From the NCBI GenBank assembly GCA_963785725.1, contig CAWAWS010000003.1, positions 192,001 through 256,000 of the forward strand: DNA of 64,000 bases, written 5' to 3'. Made by a program: the position numbers and the translations under genes. Below are positions 59,117 through 64,000 of the stretch, in pieces. The notes beneath the pieces are model-generated. The model did not search any database. It saw nothing but the letters and a program-made list of their open reading frames with translations, and had not been told where the DNA came from. Numbering within the stretch: position 1 is the first letter of the stretch; each line of letters starts with the position of its first letter. Origin of the DNA: an uncultured delta proteobacterium. Its GTDB lineage: Bacteria > Myxococcota_A > Polyangia > Palsa-1104.

Positions 59117-59977
59117 TTAGACGGCGCGGCGAATGCGCGCCAAAAAGCCGTCGGGCGCGTGCCGCTCACGCACGCTCAGCGACGGCAGATGCGCGTAGCC
59201 GATCCAGCATTCGCAGGTGGCGCGCGTGCAGGCGCGCGGTCGCAGCAGCGCGGCCAGGTCGTCGCGATAGAGGTTGCCGAGGACGTCGTCGACGAAGTGG
59301 CAGCGACGAACGTCGCCGTCGCCGTCGATGCTGACGACCGCGTCGCCGGTGCGGCAAGCGAGCCCGCGCGTGCGATGGCGGCGCGTCTCGAGCGCGAAGT
59401 CGGGATCGATGCGCGTAAAGCGCGTCAGCTCATCGGGCGTAAAGCGCGGCAGCGGCTTCTCGGCGTTGAGCCACATCGGCACCGTCGGCGGCAGCTCGCG
59501 GCGCAGCGCCTCGGCGTCGGCGAGCCGCGCCGGCGCCGCCACCATGCCGAGCGAGAGCCGCGTGCCTTTCGCGCTCAGCGCCGCGACCTTGGCGACCAGC
59601 GCGGCGCGCGCGATCTCGGACGGATGCCACGACAGCCACAGCGCCAGGCGTTGACGATCGGCGGCGTCGAGGAAGTCCATCGGGCCCGAGCCGTTCGTCT
59701 GAATCGCCACCAATTCCACGTGCGACAGATGCGACAGCTGGGCCAACGCCTGGCGATACCAGGGCCAGATCAGCGCTTCGCCGTACGGCGTAAACAGGAG
59801 CTGCAAGCGCCACTCGGTCGCGCGCTCGACCCAGGCGACGAAGCGGGCCAGCGCCGCGCGATCGGCGTCGAGGTTGGCCTGACGCGTCGGGCGCTTGGCG
59901 AACGGGCAGTAGGCGCAGCCGTAGTTGCAGCTGTCGAGCGGGCCGCGCCATAAAATGCCGAGGCTGCGGGCGCTCAT
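59117..59977 (-). CDS. STM4011 family radical SAM protein
   Basis: RGPLDSCNYGCAYCPFAK, FTPYGEAL, IQTN, C-terminal Cys cluster; ATGA overlap. Confidence 0.88.
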   Translation of the reverse strand: MSARSLGILWRGPLDSCNYGCAYCPFAKRPTRQANLDADRAALARFVAWVERATEWRLQLLFTPYGEALIWPWYRQALAQLSHLSHVELVAIQTNGSGPMDFLDAADRQRLALWLSWHPSEIARAALVAKVAALSAKGTRLSLGMVAAPARLADAEALRRELPPTVPMWLNAEKPLPRFTPDELTRFTRIDPDFALETRRHRTRGLACRTGDAVVSIDGDGDVRRCHFVDDVLGNLYRDDLAALLRPRACTRATCECWIGYAHLPSLSVRERHAPDGFLARIRRAV

Positions 59978-61308
59978 TCGGCCGCCCATGCGGCGCGCGC
60001 GTGGCGCACCGCCGGCGACTGCAGCCAATGGCCGAGCACGTCGGCGCGCTCGACGCCGGCGTCGGTCAGCCGCACGCTGTCGGCATCGGCCGTCGCCAGC
60101 CGTAGCGCCAGCAAGTCTTGCAGCGCGGGCAGGTCGGCGAGCACGTCGCCGCCGAAGCGGGCGCGATAGTCGGCGCGGACGAGGCCGCAGTCGAGCAGCG
60201 AGAGCAGCACGTAGCGGCGGCGCTGCTCGTCGCCGTCGAGGACGAAGCCGTGGCGCGCGACCGCGAAGTCGTCGTCCGATTGCGCCATCCATTCGCCGAT
60301 GCGGCTGCGCACGCCCGCCTGCGACACGGCGAAGGGGCTCGCGTAGTGGACGCTGCGCGTGTACGAACGCGCGCCGGCGCCGAGGCCGACCATGCCGTCG
60401 TCCTGGCAGCGATAGCGCGTGCTCGTGACGACGGGCGTGCCGGGCGCGACGAACAGGCGCATCGAGCGCTGCTGCCAGCCGCGACCGCGCAGATGATCGC
60501 GGCCGGCGCGATAGAGCTGCAGCCGCTCGTCGCGCCAGGCTTCCTTGCGGCCGAGCACCGTCAGCGGACGAACATAGAGCGGATACAGGTAGAGCTCGTT
60601 GGCACCGAGCGCGAGCGCGCGATCGATCGACGCGCACAGCGTCGCCGCCGTCTGTCCCGGCAGGCCGTAGATGAGGTCGACATTGCGCGTGGGAATGACG
60701 TCGCGCAGCCGCTCGAGCGCGCGCTCGACGTCGCCGAGGTCCTGCCGGCGCTGCACGGCCGCCGTCTCGGCGGTAAAAAAGCTCTGCACGCCCATGCTGA
60801 CCCGCGTCGTGCCGTGCGCCGTCAGGACGGCGAGCTTCTCGTCGTCGAACGTCGCCGGCGAGATCTCGACCGAGGTCGGCACGTTGCGCGCGCCCAGCCG
60901 ACGCGCCACGGCGAGCAGCCGGTCCAACAACGGCGCCGCCAGAAACGTCGGCGTGCCGCCACCGACGGCGAGCTGCGCGAAGCGCGCCGGCGCCAGCCGC
61001 TCGCCGACGATCGCCGCCTGCCGCTCGACGGCCGCGACGTAGCGCTCCTCGAGCCCGCCGCGCGGCTGCACCTGCGTGAACAAGTTACAGAAGCCGCAAC
61101 GCTGCTCGCAAAAGGGGACATGCAAATAGAGGAACAGCGCCGCGCGATCTTCGTGCGCCCACAGCGTCTTCAGATCGAGCGGCGCGAGCGCGCGATAGGC
61201 CGTCTTGTGCGGATAAGAGTAGGCGTACGACAGATAAGCGTTCGATTCGAGCAGCGCCGACAGGCTCTCGGGCGCCGTCCGCAGCGGCTGGGGCGACGCG
61301 CCGGTCAC
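59974..61308 (-). CDS. STM4012 family radical SAM protein (HemN-like)
   Basis: YSYPHKTAY, HVPFCEQRCGFCNLF, GGGTPT, DLIYGLPGQ, CQDDGMVGLG. Confidence 0.9.
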   Translation of the reverse strand: MTGASPQPLRTAPESLSALLESNAYLSYAYSYPHKTAYRALAPLDLKTLWAHEDRAALFLYLHVPFCEQRCGFCNLFTQVQPRGGLEERYVAAVERQAAIVGERLAPARFAQLAVGGGTPTFLAAPLLDRLLAVARRLGARNVPTSVEISPATFDDEKLAVLTAHGTTRVSMGVQSFFTAETAAVQRRQDLGDVERALERLRDVIPTRNVDLIYGLPGQTAATLCASIDRALALGANELYLYPLYVRPLTVLGRKEAWRDERLQLYRAGRDHLRGRGWQQRSMRLFVAPGTPVVTSTRYRCQDDGMVGLGAGARSYTRSVHYASPFAVSQAGVRSRIGEWMAQSDDDFAVARHGFVLDGDEQRRRYVLLSLLDCGLVRADYRARFGGDVLADLPALQDLLALRLATADADSVRLTDAGVERADVLGHWLQSPAVRHARAAWAAE

Positions 61309-62123
61309 GAGGCGGCGCTCGTCGCCGGCGGCAGGTCGACTTCGGCGTAGGGGACGGTCCAGACATTTTCGTGCGCGAGGCGATGGCCTTCGAGGCCGTC
61401 TTCGCCGAAGCAGGTGCCGTGGTCGCTGCAGACGATGCCGATGGCGCCGCCGCGCGCGCGCAACGCGGCGACGAAGGGCGGCAGGTGACGATCGAGCTCG
61501 ACGAGCGCGGCCAGCTGCGTGGCCGCGCTCTCTTGCCGCGCGCCGCGGACGAAGATGCGCGTCGGCGGATGCGTGGCCGCGGCGTTGATGAAGAGGAAGA
61601 TGCGCTGCGCGCGCGGGAACGCGGCCAGGCGCTCGGCGGCGAGCGTGAATTGCAGCGCCGAGGCTTTGCGGCTGGTGACGCCCATGTCGCGCGACCAGTG
61701 GGCTTCGTCGAAGCGCTCGGGCAGGACGGCGCCGAGCGGCGCGGCCGGGTTGAAGAACTGCGTGCCGCCGATGCAGATGGCGCGATAGCCGGCGGCGCGA
61801 CTGGCGGAGACGAGGTCGGGCGCGTCGAGGATGAGCGTGTCGCGATCGACGCTGCGCGCGCCGGCGTAACGCATGGCGAAGTCGCGGCGATGCGGGCCGG
61901 GGCCGATCGGCGTCGGCAAAAAGCCGGCGAAGAAGGCTTGATGCGCGGCGAACGTGAAGGTCGCCGGCGTGTGGCGGCGCTCGAAGCCGGCCGGCACCAG
62001 CGCCGCCAGATTCGGCATGCGCCCCGACGCCAAGGCTTCGCTCGCCACGTCGTAACGAAGCGCATCGAGCGTCAGCATGAAGAGGTCGCGGCGGCCGAAT
62101 TCGCGCTTGAACGACAGGCTCAT
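61305..62123 (-). CDS. STM4013 family alkaline-phosphatase-fold metalloenzyme
   Basis: TLDALRYDVA, FTFAAHQAFFAGFLPTP, ATHPP, CSDHG, GHR. Confidence 0.88.
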   Translation of the reverse strand: MSLSFKREFGRRDLFMLTLDALRYDVASEALASGRMPNLAALVPAGFERRHTPATFTFAAHQAFFAGFLPTPIGPGPHRRDFAMRYAGARSVDRDTLILDAPDLVSASRAAGYRAICIGGTQFFNPAAPLGAVLPERFDEAHWSRDMGVTSRKASALQFTLAAERLAAFPRAQRIFLFINAAATHPPTRIFVRGARQESAATQLAALVELDRHLPPFVAALRARGGAIGIVCSDHGTCFGEDGLEGHRLAHENVWTVPYAEVDLPPATSAAS

Positions 62124-62211
62124 CGCGGCGCGTCTTTCGTGCCGCGTGCGCCGACCCATCGATTCGCGAGCGCTCCGGGCCGGACGCTCACCTTCGCGCG
62201 CGCACGCTCGC

Positions 62212-62820
62212 TCACGACGCGAGCTCGGTCAGCTGCGCGATCGCGCGGCAAGCGGCGGGCGCGGCGAACCAGCGCGTGCGCACGAAGACGCCTTCGATGC
62301 CGGCCGCGCGCGCGCCGGCGACATCGAAGGCGGGGTGGTCGCCGACCATGAGCGCGTCGGTCGCGGCGCAGTCGGCGAGCGCCAGCGCGCGCTGGAAGAT
62401 GGCGGCGTCGGGCTTGCGCACGCCGAGCTCGCCCGAGACGACGACGCCGGCGACGCGTCCGGCGAGGCCGGCGGCGGCGAGCTTACCGCGCTGCAAGGCG
62501 GCCGGCCCGTTGGTGACGACGACGACCGGGCCGGCAAACGCGCGCAAGAGCGCGTCGGCGTCAGGCTTGAGCCGCGTGTGGCGCGCAAAATCGCGCAGGA
62601 ACCGGCGCCGCAGCGCGCGCGCCGAGCCGCCGACGCGCGCGGCCAGCTGCGCGAAGAAGGCGCGCTTGTCGCCGTAACCACCGCCGTCGCAGACGACGAG
62701 CGCCTCCAAGACGTCGTCGGGCAGCGCCGGCGAGAGCGCCTCCAGCCAAGACGCCAGCGCGCGATCGCGATCGACGAGCGTGTTGTCGAGATCGACGAGC
62801 AGCGCGCGCGGCTTTTTCAT
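62212..62820 (-). CDS. HAD-IA family hydrolase
   Basis: DLDNT, VTNG, RKPD, VGD..FDV. Confidence 0.9.
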   Translation of the reverse strand: MKKPRALLVDLDNTLVDRDRALASWLEALSPALPDDVLEALVVCDGGGYGDKRAFFAQLAARVGGSARALRRRFLRDFARHTRLKPDADALLRAFAGPVVVVTNGPAALQRGKLAAAGLAGRVAGVVVSGELGVRKPDAAIFQRALALADCAATDALMVGDHPAFDVAGARAAGIEGVFVRTRWFAAPAACRAIAQLTELAS

Positions 62821-63914
62821 GACGCGCCCAACTGCTGCGGCATCGCGCGCGCGCCGAAGACATCGCGCAAATACAGATCGTAGGTGTCGCAGCCGTCGGC
62901 GGACAACAGCCGCGGCAAGTAGTCGCCCCAGGCGTTGCATTCGAGCACGAACGGGCGGCCGCGCGTGTCGAGCATGACATCGACGCCGACCGTGTGATGG
63001 CCGGCGAAGCGGGCGGCGGCCCGCAGGCAGGCCGACTCCAGCGCGGCGAACGCCTCGGCGCCGACGCGCCCCTGCACGACGGCGACGTCGAGGCGGCGCG
63101 CGTCCAAGTGCAGATTCGTGATCGTGCCCCGTCCGACGCGCGCGACGGCGAGCGCCAGGCGACCGCGCATGACGACGACGCGCAGGTCGAACGGCCCGTC
63201 GGCGACGCCCAGCTTCGGCAGCCAGCGCTGCACGATGGCGCCGTCGCCGAGCACGCGATCGAGCAGGCGATCGATCTCGGCGCGCAGCTGATAGCGGCGC
63301 AACCGTTTACGATTGATCAGCCGATCGCCGGCGAGCTCGGCCGTCGTGACGACGAGCTCTCGACCGCGCTGCCGCCGCAACGCCAGCACGCCCGCGCCCG
63401 ACGAGCCCCAGCGCGGCTTGACGAACACCGCGTCGTGCCCGGTCGCGTCCAGCTGCGTGCGCAGCGCGTCGGCGCTCGACACTTCCGGCAGCAGCGCCGG
63501 CACGGGAACGCCTGCCGCCGCCAGCCGCTCGTGACAGACGCGCTTGTCCGTCATCCCGAGGATGCTCGCCGTCGGATGTGTCGGCACGAGCTGCGGCGTG
63601 TGCGCGTCGAGCGCATGCAAGAACGTCGTCAGCCCGGCGAACCAGCCGCGGCCGGCGCGCCATTCGTCGCGCGCGCGCGGCCGCGTGTCGCCGCCGAGCC
63701 GCGCCAACGCAGCCCACGTCGCGCCGTCCGCGCCCGGCGAGTCGACGCGCAACACGTCGCCCGCTTGCCCGGCCGCGGCGACGACGCGCGGATCCGCCAA
63801 CGCCGCCGCCCACGAGACCAGCCGCGCGTCGACGCCCTGTCGCGCGGCCGCCGCCGCCAACGCCGCGGTTCGCTTGTCGCCGGGCGTGCCGACGATGACG
63901 AGCCGCGCCGTCAC
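62817..63914 (-). CDS. STM4014 family ATP-grasp protein
   Basis: RVDSPG, MTDK, VKPRWGSSG, FDLRV, ITNLH, VLECNAWGD. Confidence 0.85.
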   Translation of the reverse strand: MTARLVIVGTPGDKRTAALAAAAARQGVDARLVSWAAALADPRVVAAAGQAGDVLRVDSPGADGATWAALARLGGDTRPRARDEWRAGRGWFAGLTTFLHALDAHTPQLVPTHPTASILGMTDKRVCHERLAAAGVPVPALLPEVSSADALRTQLDATGHDAVFVKPRWGSSGAGVLALRRQRGRELVVTTAELAGDRLINRKRLRRYQLRAEIDRLLDRVLGDGAIVQRWLPKLGVADGPFDLRVVVMRGRLALAVARVGRGTITNLHLDARRLDVAVVQGRVGAEAFAALESACLRAAARFAGHHTVGVDVMLDTRGRPFVLECNAWGDYLPRLLSADGCDTYDLYLRDVFGARAMPQQLGAS

Positions 63915-64000
63915 TACTCGGAGACCTCGATATAGCGATCGTCCTCTTCTTCGCCCTCTTGCTGATCGGAGACGTCGAGCGACGGAATGCCGAGCGCGCG
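63914..64000 (-). CDS. 3' end of probable STM4015 family protein (partial)
   Basis: Reads RALGIPSLDVSDQQEGEEEDDRYIEVSE-stop; TAG overlaps the next GTG. Confidence 0.7.
   Translation of the reverse strand, partial: RALGIPSLDVSDQQEGEEEDDRYIEVSE

Noticed and set aside
59974..61308. hemN/hemW assignment
   Set aside because: YSYPHKTAY motif and operon context indicate the STM4012 family
1..64000. Many long antisense and alternate-frame ORFs (e.g. 32804-34969, 34906-37056, 57355-59334, 6727-8169)
   Set aside because: Shadow ORFs expected at high GC; Arg/Ala-rich, no motifs, and they overlap well-supported genes
1..64000. CRISPR arrays, tRNA, rRNA, transposases, integrases
   Set aside because: No repeat-spacer periodicity, RNA gene signature or mobile-element motif recognised by eye

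Overview
High-GC bacterial DNA with a myxobacterial (Polyangia/Haliangia-like) signature: a MYXO-CTERM sorting tail, a GltG/AgmX-type TonB C-terminal protein, three Hanks-type Ser/Thr kinases, an FHA-sigma54 activator, three ECF sigma factors and many lipoproteins with low-complexity linkers. About 50 genes; no rRNA, tRNA, CRISPR array or transposase was recognised. Most genes encode secreted or surface proteins (serpin, glutamic-peptidase-like/ricin protein, GH18, GH92, purple acid phosphatase, FG-GAP propeller, two different di-heme proteins). Best candidates for an undescribed system: (1) 32.8-40.7 kb, where an exported group-1 truncated hemoglobin fused to a type-1-copper cupredoxin-like domain is translationally coupled to a receptor-type Ser/Thr kinase, downstream of an FHA-sigma54 activator and a second kinase, with a divergent sigma54-type promoter and upstream palindromes in front of an ECF sigma factor; (2) 59.1-64 kb, an STM4011-STM4015-type operon (two radical SAM enzymes, an alkaline-phosphatase-fold enzyme, a HAD hydrolase, an ATP-grasp ligase and a partner with an acidic Glu-terminated tail); (3) a CBM56-like domain fused to a di-heme oxidoreductase. 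Also seen: a collapsed trpS remnant, a GH5 remnant, a frameshifted repeat protein, a repeated intergenic ACTGAAG palindrome element and several AT-rich operator-like palindromes. All family calls come from motif recognition by eye, not from database searches.
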